This document shows, piece by piece, positions 37,746-47,352 of a stretch of DNA of 64,000 bases. The notes beneath the pieces are model-generated. The model was not told the DNA's origin and did no database searches. It saw only the letters and a program-made list of their open reading frames with translations. The stretch lies in the UHGV virus genome UHGV-0021337; one strand, given 5' to 3'. Both the position numbers and the translations under genes were made by a program. The DNA comes from a virus. How positions within the stretch are numbered: position 1 is the stretch's first letter; each line of letters opens with the position of its first letter.

Positions 37746-37774
37746 TTGATAAATATTTGTTTTTATGTTACAAT
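37746..37774 (+). promoter_or_regulatory. sigma-A-like promoter
   Basis: TTGATA, 17-nt spacer, TACAAT, 20 nt upstream of ATG 37795. Confidence 0.4.
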
Positions 37775-37794
37775 AAAATAAAAAGAGGTTTATT

Positions 37795-38196
37795 ATGTTA
37801 ACTAAAAATAATTGGCAAAACGCTTTTGATATGTTAAATGATTATGCTAATATTGATGATAGATTTTACGGTGGTGTATGTTCTTATAAATTTTTAAGTT
37901 TTGAAGGTGTTAAAAAGTTAGTTGAAAATAAGTATTTAAATTTAACTGAGAGACAAAACTATTCACCTATGGTTAAAAATTGGATTAAATTTATAGAGAC
38001 TAATAATTTACAAGACAAAATATTTTTTCATGGTTATATTGTAGAGAAAGGTAGATTTGATAGACGTATTTCTATAGAAGGTATACAAGCTAACGCCAAT
38101 ATTAAATTTTCAGAGGATGAATTAAAATCCATTGTAGATTTTTGTTATGGCGCAGATACACTTAGAATCTCTCCATTATATGTTTGGTGGGATTAA
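37795..38196 (+). CDS. hypothetical protein
   Basis: 133 aa ORF with RBS AAGAGG. Confidence 0.35.
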   Translation: MLTKNNWQNAFDMLNDYANIDDRFYGGVCSYKFLSFEGVKKLVENKYLNLTERQNYSPMVKNWIKFIETNNLQDKIFFHGYIVEKGRFDRRISIEGIQANANIKFSEDELKSIVDFCYGADTLRISPLYVWWD

Positions 38197-38287
38197 ATTA
38201 AACTATAATCATTATGTCTAATAACGATTGTAATGAATCTGATGACTTCTAGATAGCTGCTAAATTAAAAATATAGGAGATATAGTT

Positions 38288-38455
38288 ATGCCTAAATTAA
38301 ATATAAATGAAGGTTTTGATGAATTATATAATCATAAGTGTGCAGATGTTTTACGTGCTGAATTAGATGGAAATTATGATGATAATGTGCATGAAGATAA
38401 TTTATTACAAGATGTTTTATTTCATTTTGAAAACAGAGTAGATAAAAATAAATAA
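38288..38455 (+). CDS. hypothetical small acidic protein (55 aa)
   Basis: RBS GGAGATA upstream; not in the supplied track (under 60 aa). Confidence 0.3.
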   Translation: MPKLNINEGFDELYNHKCADVLRAELDGNYDDNVHEDNLLQDVLFHFENRVDKNK

Positions 38456-38538
38456 AACTTCGATGTTGTGTTATAATATAAGAAAGTAAGAAAATAAACT
38501 GAGAGTAAATATTTTGGAGACTTAAATAGGAGCAATTT

Positions 38539-38688
38539 ATGAGATATAGTAATTTTCACCGTCATTCCATGTACAGCAATTTGCCCGCCGGGATTATAAT
38601 GATTTGTTTAGGGATGTGTGAGCTCTTTCAAGGGCTATCATCGGAAGTACGCAAAAGAACAATAAGTCAGTATCACGTATTTAGTTGA
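38539..38688 (+). CDS. hypothetical small hydrophobic protein (49 aa)
   Basis: RBS TAGGAG; local GC content higher than surroundings. Confidence 0.2.
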   Translation: MRYSNFHRHSMYSNLPAGIIMICLGMCELFQGLSSEVRKRTISQYHVFS

Positions 38689-38713
38689 TTCTTCCTCGAT
38701 AATCCCTTATAAT
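38685..38713 (+). promoter_or_regulatory. strong sigma-A-like promoter
   Basis: TTGATT, 17-nt spacer, TATAAT, upstream of ATG 38741. Confidence 0.45.
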
Positions 38714-38740
38714 AAATGTAATAAATAAGAGGTAGATAGT

Positions 38741-39064
38741 ATGAAATTTTCAGATATGGATGCAAGACAACAAAAAGCTTTTCGCAACATTAAATACGCA
38801 GCAGATGATTTGTTAGGTGGTTTAGAAAACACGTTACTCGATTATGATGAACAAGATCAAGAATATATCGACGCCGAAAAATTACTCTCGAATCACTCCG
38901 AACTTGTTAATCAACTTTATAAGAAGGCTACTACAGAACTTTACGGGCCAGGTTTTTGTGGTTTTGGAAAAGAGGCTCAGATGATTATTCGGGATATAAA
39001 TTTCTGCGGCAAAGTGTGGTTGATGGAACGTTGTGAAAAACGAATAACAAAAGAAGGCTATTGA
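38741..39064 (+). CDS. hypothetical protein
   Basis: 107 aa ORF with RBS AAGAGG. Confidence 0.35.
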   Translation: MKFSDMDARQQKAFRNIKYAADDLLGGLENTLLDYDEQDQEYIDAEKLLSNHSELVNQLYKKATTELYGPGFCGFGKEAQMIIRDINFCGKVWLMERCEKRITKEGY

Positions 39065-39109
39065 TTGTAGCATAAACATTGTATAACATAAACATAACAG
39101 GAGGTATAA

Positions 39110-39832
39110 ATGGCAACAGCATTAGTTACAGGAACAAGCTCGGGAGTGGGTAAAGCAACAGCTCTTAAACTTCTAGCTATGGGAATAGATGTTATAGGTC
39201 TTGATTGGAAAGATAGTACAATTCATAGACCTCATTATTTTCACTTCAAATGTGATGTAAGCAAGTATGAAGAACTTCCTTCGCTTGACAGTTTAGGAGG
39301 CATTGAGTACATTGTTAACAATGCAGGAATAGTAACACCTAAAGCAGACGCTATCGCAGTTAATCAGATTGGATATATAAATGTATTGCAAAAATATGCG
39401 GATAACAATCCGAAGTTAAAAAGCATTGTAATTATTGGTTCATCTGCCTCGGTCAAGGGCTACGACAATCGAGAATATTGCACTTCGCAAGGTGCAAGAG
39501 ATGCATTAACCAAGTGGGCCGCTAACAACTATGGTAACGACCCTAGACACGTTTTAGTCAACGAACTTCGTCTCGATGGTATTGTAGCAGCAGACCCGGA
39601 AAAGGGTATTGAAGGTACTACTTTGGAACCTGAGCTTTATGCAGCAGATGGATTGATGGACCAAATAGCTAATCTGAGCATTTTAAAAAGGTTGGCTACT
39701 GTCGAAGAGATTGCAGAATGGATTTATTTTATTCTTGTAGTTAACACAATTGTAACTGGGCAGATAATAGATGTTGACGGAGAACTCATGGGAGCTTTCA
39801 AATTTGTTCCTTACAAAGGGTGGAATGACTAG
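39110..39832 (+). CDS. short-chain dehydrogenase/reductase (SDR) family protein
   Basis: Rossmann TGTSSGVGKA, NNAG motif; active-site region reads SS...YCTSQ (YxxxQ instead of YxxxK). Confidence 0.6.
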   Translation: MATALVTGTSSGVGKATALKLLAMGIDVIGLDWKDSTIHRPHYFHFKCDVSKYEELPSLDSLGGIEYIVNNAGIVTPKADAIAVNQIGYINVLQKYADNNPKLKSIVIIGSSASVKGYDNREYCTSQGARDALTKWAANNYGNDPRHVLVNELRLDGIVAADPEKGIEGTTLEPELYAADGLMDQIANLSILKRLATVEEIAEWIYFILVVNTIVTGQIIDVDGELMGAFKFVPYKGWND

Positions 39833-39833
39833 T

Positions 39834-40715
39834 ATGAAGATAATGTGCTTAACACCTTGTCTGATGTTAGATAATACCAGAGCAATAAACGCTAAGTCAA
39901 TACAAAATAACATAGATGTTCTTAAACTCGATGAATATGTAATCTATGACCAGATGTTTGCACCTAGCGATTTTAACTCGAAATGTACATATATAGGTCA
40001 CGCAGATAAACGAATGGGCTGGGCAGTACCAAGAAATGCTTTACTTAAGTATTTTTATGATTCTGACTTTGACTATGCGTTTTTTATTGATGCAAATTCT
40101 GTTCCGTCTAAACCTACGCTAAATGATTTACTGAGCATAATAAGAAGTCTTAGAGCAGGTGAGTTATCTTTCTGCGACGCTATTTTTAGCACATTAGGTA
40201 TGTGGGTAAGTCAAGAGCGTATAATGTGCAAATCCTTACCTGACCACCTCGAAAATGTTCATCTAGTACCCGCTCGTTGTGATAAAAGTTACAACTGGAT
40301 GCACGGATTATTTGTAAAGAATTTCAAGAAGTATTATGGCCAGGAATTCTATATGGATGAAAGATGTCATGTATTAGAAGGAACTCCAGAAGATGTATTC
40401 TTTGCTCGTCTATTAAGGAAGTATGCAAATTGTTGGGTTGCTCCTACAGTGGTAATCAACAAACCTTCTTCTAATGCTTCTTGTACAATGGCAAATGGTA
40501 AAGGTACTTATGATTATCCGCCTGTATTGTTTGATAAAGAAGATGAATACATTTCTGAACTCTCTCAGAAAAACGGATATCATCACTGTAATAGAAGTGT
40601 ACGACCTAGCGAAGTTGTTATACCTCGCGTTTCGGAGTATAAAGATTTAGTTACTCCGTATAAATCAAGACAAAAGAAAGTACAAGAAACTTCAAGAAAA
40701 CAAGTACTTTTTTAA
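39834..40715 (+). CDS. hypothetical protein, possibly glycosyltransferase-like
   Basis: Start MKIMCLTP directly after the SDR stop; FFIDANS is DXD-like; track start 39771 overlaps the SDR gene. Confidence 0.35.
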   Translation: MKIMCLTPCLMLDNTRAINAKSIQNNIDVLKLDEYVIYDQMFAPSDFNSKCTYIGHADKRMGWAVPRNALLKYFYDSDFDYAFFIDANSVPSKPTLNDLLSIIRSLRAGELSFCDAIFSTLGMWVSQERIMCKSLPDHLENVHLVPARCDKSYNWMHGLFVKNFKKYYGQEFYMDERCHVLEGTPEDVFFARLLRKYANCWVAPTVVINKPSSNASCTMANGKGTYDYPPVLFDKEDEYISELSQKNGYHHCNRSVRPSEVVIPRVSEYKDLVTPYKSRQKKVQETSRKQVLF

Positions 40716-40778
40716 CATATTCTTTAGTAATCACGAAAATGCTTTTGTATATAATTTCAAATGGAGGACAATTGAATA

Positions 40779-41900
40779 ATGATTATTAGAACTGAAAAAT
40801 TACAGCCTGCTTGTAGTAAGTTACTTCCTGCAGTAGACTCAACCGCTATTGCAGAAATAACCGATGTACTCGAGTTAAAAACTGTATGTAAGATGCTCTA
40901 TATAAATGTTACGAATAGAGAGTATTTTGCACAAGTTAAAATTGAACTTGACGATGTTGTTGATTTCCACGCAACTGTTAGTGCAAACCTGTTTTTAAGA
41001 CTTGTTGCTCAGATTACGACCGAAACCGTTGAGCTCAACATTTCAGACACAACTTTGAAAATGAAAGGTAATGGGTCTTATGACATTCCGTTGATATTTG
41101 ACAACGACAAGTTGATGGACCTTCCAGCAATCGAAATCAAAAATCCGACTGCAGAACTCTCTGTAGACAGTGACATTCTTCAAAGCATCATGAACTACAA
41201 CTCTAAAGAACTTATGAAGGATTTGATTCTTCAACCTGTTCAGAAAATGTATTACATTGACCAAGAAGGTTGTATTACATTCACGACTGGAGCGTGTGTA
41301 AATAACTTCCATCTTGACCAGCCGATAAAAGTACTTCTTAATCAGCGTCTTGTTAAACTTTTCAAGTTGTTTAACAATGGCAAAGTTAAAGTAACTCTCG
41401 GTCATGATCCGTTATCAGAAACGATAATTCAGACAAAGATTAGATTTGAATCAGATATGGTTTGTTTAACTGCAATACTTTCGTGTGATGACGATATGGT
41501 CAATAGAGTTCCGGCAGTAGCTATCAGAGGAAGAGCTAATAAAAAATATCCGTACAATATTACTATTAGTAAAGCTGAATTGAATGAAACGATAAACAGA
41601 CTTCTTCTTTTCTCGAGCACAAGTACTCTTAATAGAATTAAAGCAGATAGTAAATTTGTATTTGAAAATTCTTGTGTTAGAGTTTACGACGTTACTCAAG
41701 CAAATGTAGAAAAAGTTTACTATAAAACTGGTGTACTTCCCGAAGGTGAACAGTATGTAGCAACGTTTGACTTAAACGATTTAAAACACGCACTAGATAG
41801 CAGCGATGATGACTTCGTTACATTTGGTTTCGGAGACCACGCAGCTCTTGTAATTATTTCTAAATCAGTTAGACACGTTGTTCCGGAAGTAGCTGCTTAA
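40779..41900 (+). CDS. DNA polymerase sliding clamp (beta-clamp-like)
   Basis: 373 aa, the size of DnaN; sits in the replication-accessory region. Confidence 0.4.
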   Translation: MIIRTEKLQPACSKLLPAVDSTAIAEITDVLELKTVCKMLYINVTNREYFAQVKIELDDVVDFHATVSANLFLRLVAQITTETVELNISDTTLKMKGNGSYDIPLIFDNDKLMDLPAIEIKNPTAELSVDSDILQSIMNYNSKELMKDLILQPVQKMYYIDQEGCITFTTGACVNNFHLDQPIKVLLNQRLVKLFKLFNNGKVKVTLGHDPLSETIIQTKIRFESDMVCLTAILSCDDDMVNRVPAVAIRGRANKKYPYNITISKAELNETINRLLLFSSTSTLNRIKADSKFVFENSCVRVYDVTQANVEKVYYKTGVLPEGEQYVATFDLNDLKHALDSSDDDFVTFGFGDHAALVIISKSVRHVVPEVAA

Positions 41901-42382
41901 TGGTAAATCGTGGTAAGCAGTGGGAAAAACGGTTTGAAGAAGATTGGCGGCGCTGTTATCCAAACGGCGTCGTCATACGTATACCTGACCAACAAAGTGG
42001 ATTAAGAGGCAGTAAAAATCTTTGCGATTTTATATGTTTTGACGGTGAGCATCTATACTTAAACGAGTGTAAGACTATCACAGGTAATACGTTCCCAATC
42101 GGAGGATTTACCCAGTTAGAAGCCTTGTTGCCCTATTGTAACTACCATAATATTCGGGCAGGGGTCGTAATATGGTATAACCAGCACAATCGTGTAGTTT
42201 ATGTTCCTGCAAAAGCATTTAAGAAAGCTATTGATGACGGGTTAAAATCAATCAATATAAACAAGACTGATTTTGCGAAATACAGGATTGTTGAAATTCC
42301 TTCGATAACAAAAAGAGTTTTTCCAACGTGCGATTATAAAATACTACAAACTTTAGGAGATGATTATGGAGAATGTAGTTAA
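41900..42382 (+). CDS. PD-(D/E)xK nuclease (Holliday-junction resolvase-like)
   Basis: CDFICFDGEHLYLNECKT (D...ExK). Confidence 0.35.
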   Translation: MVNRGKQWEKRFEEDWRRCYPNGVVIRIPDQQSGLRGSKNLCDFICFDGEHLYLNECKTITGNTFPIGGFTQLEALLPYCNYHNIRAGVVIWYNQHNRVVYVPAKAFKKAIDDGLKSININKTDFAKYRIVEIPSITKRVFPTCDYKILQTLGDDYGECS

Positions 42383-42920
42383 TCAAGATGATAAATTGAT
42401 AGCAACATTAAACGAAACAGACGTTGCTACAGAACAACTTACACAGATTGCTGACCAGATAGTTCAGTCATATTCTTACACATTAGATAATTTAATGCAA
42501 AGGATATATCAAGATATCGTTAGTAATAAAGACTCTTCAGACCAAACACTTGAAAAGTATTTTCTTGAATTATCTAGCACTTTGTATTTCATAGGCGAAC
42601 AGGTCGAGCACCTTGGCATAAGTAATGACTATGCAGAAGCAAATTTCAAAGAAAAGTTCAACCGTGCATATCTGAATTGTGCTGCAGAAAAAGACGAAAA
42701 AGGAAAGTCTCTTAGAACTGTCAACGAAAACAATGCATTAGCCGCTGAAAATTCAAAATATGAAAGTACTGTATCAAATTTACAGTCAAGAGCATTAGAC
42801 CTACTTAAGTATAAAGTTACTTCTGCTCAGACAATGGTTGGCACACTAAGTAAGATGATTTCGAAGAAGATGAGTGATGCATCGTTGACAATGACTTCAA
42901 GTAGAGGAACAGCTGAATGA
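42366..42920 (+). CDS. hypothetical protein
   Basis: ATG 42366 has proper spacing from GGAG; the track start 42360 lies too close to the SD. Confidence 0.3.
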   Translation: MENVVNQDDKLIATLNETDVATEQLTQIADQIVQSYSYTLDNLMQRIYQDIVSNKDSSDQTLEKYFLELSSTLYFIGEQVEHLGISNDYAEANFKEKFNRAYLNCAAEKDEKGKSLRTVNENNALAAENSKYESTVSNLQSRALDLLKYKVTSAQTMVGTLSKMISKKMSDASLTMTSSRGTAE

Positions 42921-43441
42921 TAAAATTTGAAAAAGTTTCGTGGAACGAGTATCTTAGTTCATATAAAGAATTCGTGGAAATAAATTGTCTTAACAAGGAT
43001 ATCGACGAAACCGTTTTGAAAATTGAGTATGACTATATGAAATTACCGAAGCGTAGTACTTCCGGTAGTGCTGGGTACGATTTCTTCGCTCCGTTCGCCA
43101 TAAGTGTGCTTACTCATGATATGCCTGCTGTAGCGTACCCTACAGGTATACGTTTTGTTACAGATAGAGATGATGTGTTTCTTGCTTGTGTACCCAGAAG
43201 TGGGTTAGGGTTCAAGTATAATTTAGCGTTAAAGAATACCCTAGGCATAATTGATGCAGATTATCAAAACTCTGACAACGAAGGGCATATAAAAGTTAAA
43301 CTTTCTGCACAAACTCCACTAACGATTGAACCTGGAAAAGCATTTATGCAAGGAATTATCTTGCCCTTCCTTAAAACTGATGATGATTATTGTATAAATA
43401 CTCGTAATGGTGGATTTGGTAGCACCGATAAACAAAATTGA
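42917..43441 (+). CDS. dut: dUTPase (dUTP pyrophosphatase)
   Basis: SGSAGYDF, RSGLGFKYN, GIIDADYQ motifs. Confidence 0.6.
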   Translation: MIKFEKVSWNEYLSSYKEFVEINCLNKDIDETVLKIEYDYMKLPKRSTSGSAGYDFFAPFAISVLTHDMPAVAYPTGIRFVTDRDDVFLACVPRSGLGFKYNLALKNTLGIIDADYQNSDNEGHIKVKLSAQTPLTIEPGKAFMQGIILPFLKTDDDYCINTRNGGFGSTDKQN

Positions 43442-43449
43442 GGTATTAA

Positions 43450-44595
43450 GTGGCAAAATTAAGTGAACTTGTAACAATTGTTTGTAAAGAGTATAAAGAT
43501 CAAAATCTAATTGTAAAAAGCACAGTCAATCCGAAGCATAGAAAATTAGCTTGTGGTGCATTTGGAATGGACTATCCTCTGTTTGGAGGATTACCTTATG
43601 GTAGAATCTGTACATATTCAGGCCAAAATCATTCTGGTAAAACCACAGCTGCGTGTGTTGAATTAGCTGCATACCAGAGAGCTAACCCGGATAAAATGTG
43701 TGTTTACGTAGATGTAGAACACTCTCTTGACTTAAAATTCCAAGCAAATATGACAGGGTTAGATTTAGACAAGTTGTATTACATGAACCCAACGCAGCTT
43801 TCTGGTGAACAAATACTTGATGTTATCGTTGACTTGCAGAAAGACGCTGATGACATTGGTATGATTGTTTTAGATTCTATTCCTGCACTTCTTCCTGCTG
43901 ATGTTTTAGAAAATGATATAAGTAAAGACGTGGGAATGAGAGGAACTATTGCAAAGCCTTTGCATAAATTCTTGATTGAAATGTCAGCATTGTTAAACAA
44001 ACGCGATAACATTCTTATTCTTATAAATCAGGTCCGTCAGGTCGGAACTACGTTTACTGGAGCTCCGATATATAAAGAACCAGGTGGAGATGCTCCGAGA
44101 TACTACTCTTCCGTTAGCGTTAGATTCGGCACAAGAACATTTACGCTTGGAGATAACGTGGATGCGTGTAAACCCGATGGTGAAGGAGCTGACGGGTTCA
44201 GGCTTAGATTTAAGATTGTTAAAAATAAGGTTTCCCCTTGCAATAGAGGTGGCGGATTTATTACATTCAGATATTCTACAGGGCTTGATTGGATTCACGA
44301 CTTACTCGAAATTGCAGTTCAGTTTGACTTCATTCAGCGTTTGAATAACATTACATATCAGTTGATTGATTTAGAGACTGGTGAGGTTTTGAAGGATGAA
44401 AATGGAAAAGAGCTTAAAGGTAAGAAAGCAGACCTTGTAGATTATATAAAAACAAATATCGACTTCCAAGTTAAGTATTTGAATATGCTAACTAAATACA
44501 TCTCTGCAGACGATACTTCTTACGGCTCTTTGCTTGACGAAAGAACTTCTAAAGAGATTGACCAAGAAGATGCTTCAGTTGATAGCGGTAAATAA
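43450..44595 (+). CDS. RecA/UvsX-like recombinase
   Basis: 381 aa; Walker A GQNHSGKTT; RecA-fold core. Confidence 0.6.
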   Translation: MAKLSELVTIVCKEYKDQNLIVKSTVNPKHRKLACGAFGMDYPLFGGLPYGRICTYSGQNHSGKTTAACVELAAYQRANPDKMCVYVDVEHSLDLKFQANMTGLDLDKLYYMNPTQLSGEQILDVIVDLQKDADDIGMIVLDSIPALLPADVLENDISKDVGMRGTIAKPLHKFLIEMSALLNKRDNILILINQVRQVGTTFTGAPIYKEPGGDAPRYYSSVSVRFGTRTFTLGDNVDACKPDGEGADGFRLRFKIVKNKVSPCNRGGGFITFRYSTGLDWIHDLLEIAVQFDFIQRLNNITYQLIDLETGEVLKDENGKELKGKKADLVDYIKTNIDFQVKYLNMLTKYISADDTSYGSLLDERTSKEIDQEDASVDSGK

Positions 44596-44597
44596 CA

Positions 44598-44975
44598 ATG
44601 GCATTTGGACTGGTTACAAGAGAAAAGAACGGTCAAAAGAAACCTACTCGATATTACAGTAGTAAACAAGAAAAAGCTGTAGCAGAGGCAACAGGTGGTA
44701 AACAAACTTCTAACTCCGGAGCAACAAACTTTGGAGGAAAGGGGGATGTTCTACTTCCTGGTCACAGCTTTCTTATTGAGTGTAAAACAAAAACAACTCC
44801 ATCTGACTCTATATCGATTAGAAAAGAATGGATTGAAAAGAATGCTCAAGAAGCTGTATTTGAAGGCAAGGCATATAGTGCTATTGCATTTAATTTTGGG
44901 CCAGGAGAGCGAAGTTACTACATAATCGATGAATTTTTATTTCAAGACTTACTAGAATATAAGAAAAATAACTAA
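44598..44975 (+). CDS. small PD-(D/E)xK / VRR-NUC-like nuclease
   Basis: GDVLLPGHSFLIECKT (D...ExK). Confidence 0.3.
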   Translation: MAFGLVTREKNGQKKPTRYYSSKQEKAVAEATGGKQTSNSGATNFGGKGDVLLPGHSFLIECKTKTTPSDSISIRKEWIEKNAQEAVFEGKAYSAIAFNFGPGERSYYIIDEFLFQDLLEYKKNN

Positions 44976-44983
44976 AGAATTTT

Positions 44984-45014
44984 AGAGCTAGCCCTTGTGA
45001 CTAGCTCTTTTTTA
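44984..45014 (+). terminator. rho-independent terminator
   Basis: AGAGCTAG / CTAGCTCT 8-bp stem followed by TTTTTT. Confidence 0.6.
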
Positions 45015-45028
45015 TAGTATAACAATAT

Positions 45029-46162
45029 ATGAAAGATACGATTAAATGGTCACACAGTAAACTTGCAACAATTTTAAGCTGCCCGATGTCTTATTACTTG
45101 AATTACATACAAGGTATTCAACCTAAGAAAACAAAGCCTGCTTTTGAAATAGGAAGTGCAGTCCATTGGGGTATAGAACACAATACATACGACTTGAGGG
45201 AATACTACATTGAAGAAGAAGCACTTGGAGAAGAATTTACTCAAGAGCAGCTTCTTGCACAAGCAATGGATTACTTTTATTTATCTTTTAAAGACAGCAT
45301 CTATGGAATGATTCTATGTGACAATAAAACTGGTGAAAGATACAATTTATTAGAAGAAAAGCACGAAGGTTTTATGAATGCAAAGTTAGACTCTTATATA
45401 GATGAATTAGAGCCGCACAATTTCTTGGGAATTGTCGATTTGCTTTTTAGAACAGACAAAGGATTCATCATAATTGACTTCAAGACTTCTAGCGCAGAAC
45501 CAGACTGGAGCACATATTTAGAACAGCTTTATAGGTACATATATCTTGTTAAATCTCGTTATCCAGATGTTCCTATTTTGAAAATAGGTATTGTAAATAT
45601 TCGTAAAGCTCAGATATACAAAAGAAAGGATACGCCAAGTCAAGACTATTTTAACATTCTGTGCGAAGAATACTTTAAGCATCCGGAACAGTATTTAGAC
45701 TATCATGAGTTTCCTACCGAAACAATAAACGAAAAGTTTATGGAAGAATATATAAAGAATTTATCTCGAATGGTAGATACTGCATATACTATTGATAAAA
45801 ACGCTGCTTGGTATATAAACTTTGCAGAGGCTGAGGGAAAATATGGAAAATCAGATTACTATGATATTTTCTATAAAACAAAAAATGCGTATAAGAAATA
45901 CAAAATAAAAGATAAAGTCTGGTCTGAAGAGAAACAAGCCCTTGTAAAGTTTAGAGAGTGTATTCCACTAGATATGGAAGTTATCGACAATAGAAAAATT
46001 GTAAATCATTATAACGATTATGTTAAACTAGAAAAAGAACATCCTGATAATTTTATAGAGTGGATTAAAGAAAATTACATCATTGACGACAGTCTAATTC
46101 GACTATATGAATTGACAAAATTAAAAATAAAAGAAAAGAAACTAGAGGAAGAACGAATATGA
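45029..46162 (+). CDS. PD-(D/E)xK exonuclease (RecB/Cas4-like fold, no Fe-S cysteines)
   Basis: GIVDLLFRTDKGFIIIDFKTS (D...D/ExK). Confidence 0.45.
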   Translation: MKDTIKWSHSKLATILSCPMSYYLNYIQGIQPKKTKPAFEIGSAVHWGIEHNTYDLREYYIEEEALGEEFTQEQLLAQAMDYFYLSFKDSIYGMILCDNKTGERYNLLEEKHEGFMNAKLDSYIDELEPHNFLGIVDLLFRTDKGFIIIDFKTSSAEPDWSTYLEQLYRYIYLVKSRYPDVPILKIGIVNIRKAQIYKRKDTPSQDYFNILCEEYFKHPEQYLDYHEFPTETINEKFMEEYIKNLSRMVDTAYTIDKNAAWYINFAEAEGKYGKSDYYDIFYKTKNAYKKYKIKDKVWSEEKQALVKFRECIPLDMEVIDNRKIVNHYNDYVKLEKEHPDNFIEWIKENYIIDDSLIRLYELTKLKIKEKKLEEERI

Positions 46163-46473
46163 TAAGTAAAGAACTATATGACACTTCCACAAGATACGCT
46201 TCTGATGGGTATAGTTTTAAAGCAAACAACACTGAAACTCTTCTAAGAATGATTAAACTTGAAAGAAAGCATAGAGACGTTCTTGATGTAGTTGAAGATA
46301 AGCTAATGGAAATTAGAGATACAGACTCAGAATCTATTCATTTTGATTGTCCTAAGACGGATTATGAAGAAGTCAAAGAAATGCTGAAGTGGTATAGATT
46401 TGGTTATTATGATAAAAACATTAAAATAATAAGTAAAGATACTTTTACTTATGATGTAGAATTATTTGTGTGA
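46159..46473 (+). CDS. hypothetical protein
   Basis: 104 aa ORF with ATGA coupling. Confidence 0.3.
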   Translation: MISKELYDTSTRYASDGYSFKANNTETLLRMIKLERKHRDVLDVVEDKLMEIRDTDSESIHFDCPKTDYEEVKEMLKWYRFGYYDKNIKIISKDTFTYDVELFV

Positions 46474-46482
46474 GGAAATAAG

Positions 46483-46740
46483 ATGTTAAATAAATCAACA
46501 ACTATTAAACTAATAACTCAAATTCGAGCTCTTGATAAGTTAGAGCAAAATATATCTAAGTTATTTGATTGCAGTATAAGTCAAGTAATGTCGAACATAA
46601 TCGATGAATTATCGGCTGCACTTGAAATTGGATTTGATGTTAACTGGACCGACGAGTTATATGATAAGATATATAACAAAGATATTTCGGAGTATGACTT
46701 GTATGATACTCTATGTCAGTTAGAAGAAGACGATATATGA
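46483..46740 (+). CDS. hypothetical protein
   Basis: 85 aa ORF. Confidence 0.3.
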   Translation: MLNKSTTIKLITQIRALDKLEQNISKLFDCSISQVMSNIIDELSAALEIGFDVNWTDELYDKIYNKDISEYDLYDTLCQLEEDDI

Positions 46741-46952
46741 AAAACTATAAAGTTGTGTCTGTGATACTGCCTGTACTTAAAAATAAAGAATTAGCGTTAG
46801 AACAGGTATTAACCTACTTGGAAGAAAAACTATCAGAAGGTTTCAAAGTTGAACAAATACTCGTGTATACAGATAAAGAAATACAGTTGTTGTGTTCAGA
46901 AACCGGATCATATCATATAGAAGATGATATCTTTTTTAATCATTTAATTTAA
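46737..46952 (+). CDS. hypothetical protein
   Basis: ATGA-coupled start at 46737; the track start 46713 lies inside the upstream gene. Confidence 0.3.
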   Translation: MKNYKVVSVILPVLKNKELALEQVLTYLEEKLSEGFKVEQILVYTDKEIQLLCSETGSYHIEDDIFFNHLI

Positions 46953-47013
46953 TTGATTCATTTGTTAAAATATCTTACAATATAGACATAAAATAAATTG
47001 GAGGTGTTCTTAG

Positions 47014-47352
47014 ATGAGAACCAAATTAACGGATTTTGAAGTAGACAAAAAGGTAAGACTTGCTTATACGCAGTATGACAGAAAAAGAAAGCTTTCTGAC
47101 AGGAATGTTGAAACGATTAAACGTAATCTTATGAAAGGCAAAAAGACTATTGCTCAACTTGCAAAGAAATACAAGGTTACGGAACATACGATTCGTTATA
47201 ACATAGATCCTGAATATCGTCAGAATGCCATCAATATTCGTAGCGGTAAACATTACGGCGAAGGTCATATAACTGTCGAGAACAGAATTGCGTATAAAAG
47301 AAAACTTCTTAGAAACAGAACTTATCTCAGAAAAGTAGGAGTTAGAGGTTAA
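47014..47352 (+). CDS. HTH DNA-binding protein (sigma region-4-like)
   Basis: TIAQLAKKYKVTEHTIRYNI helix-turn-helix; basic C-terminus. Confidence 0.35.
   Translation: MRTKLTDFEVDKKVRLAYTQYDRKRKLSDRNVETIKRNLMKGKKTIAQLAKKYKVTEHTIRYNIDPEYRQNAINIRSGKHYGEGHITVENRIAYKRKLLRNRTYLRKVGVRG

Noticed and set aside
39061-39088. A canonical sigma-A promoter for the SDR gene (TTGATT ... TATAAC)
   Set aside because: The spacer is only 15 nt. It is reported instead as part of the conserved TTGTATAACA leader class.
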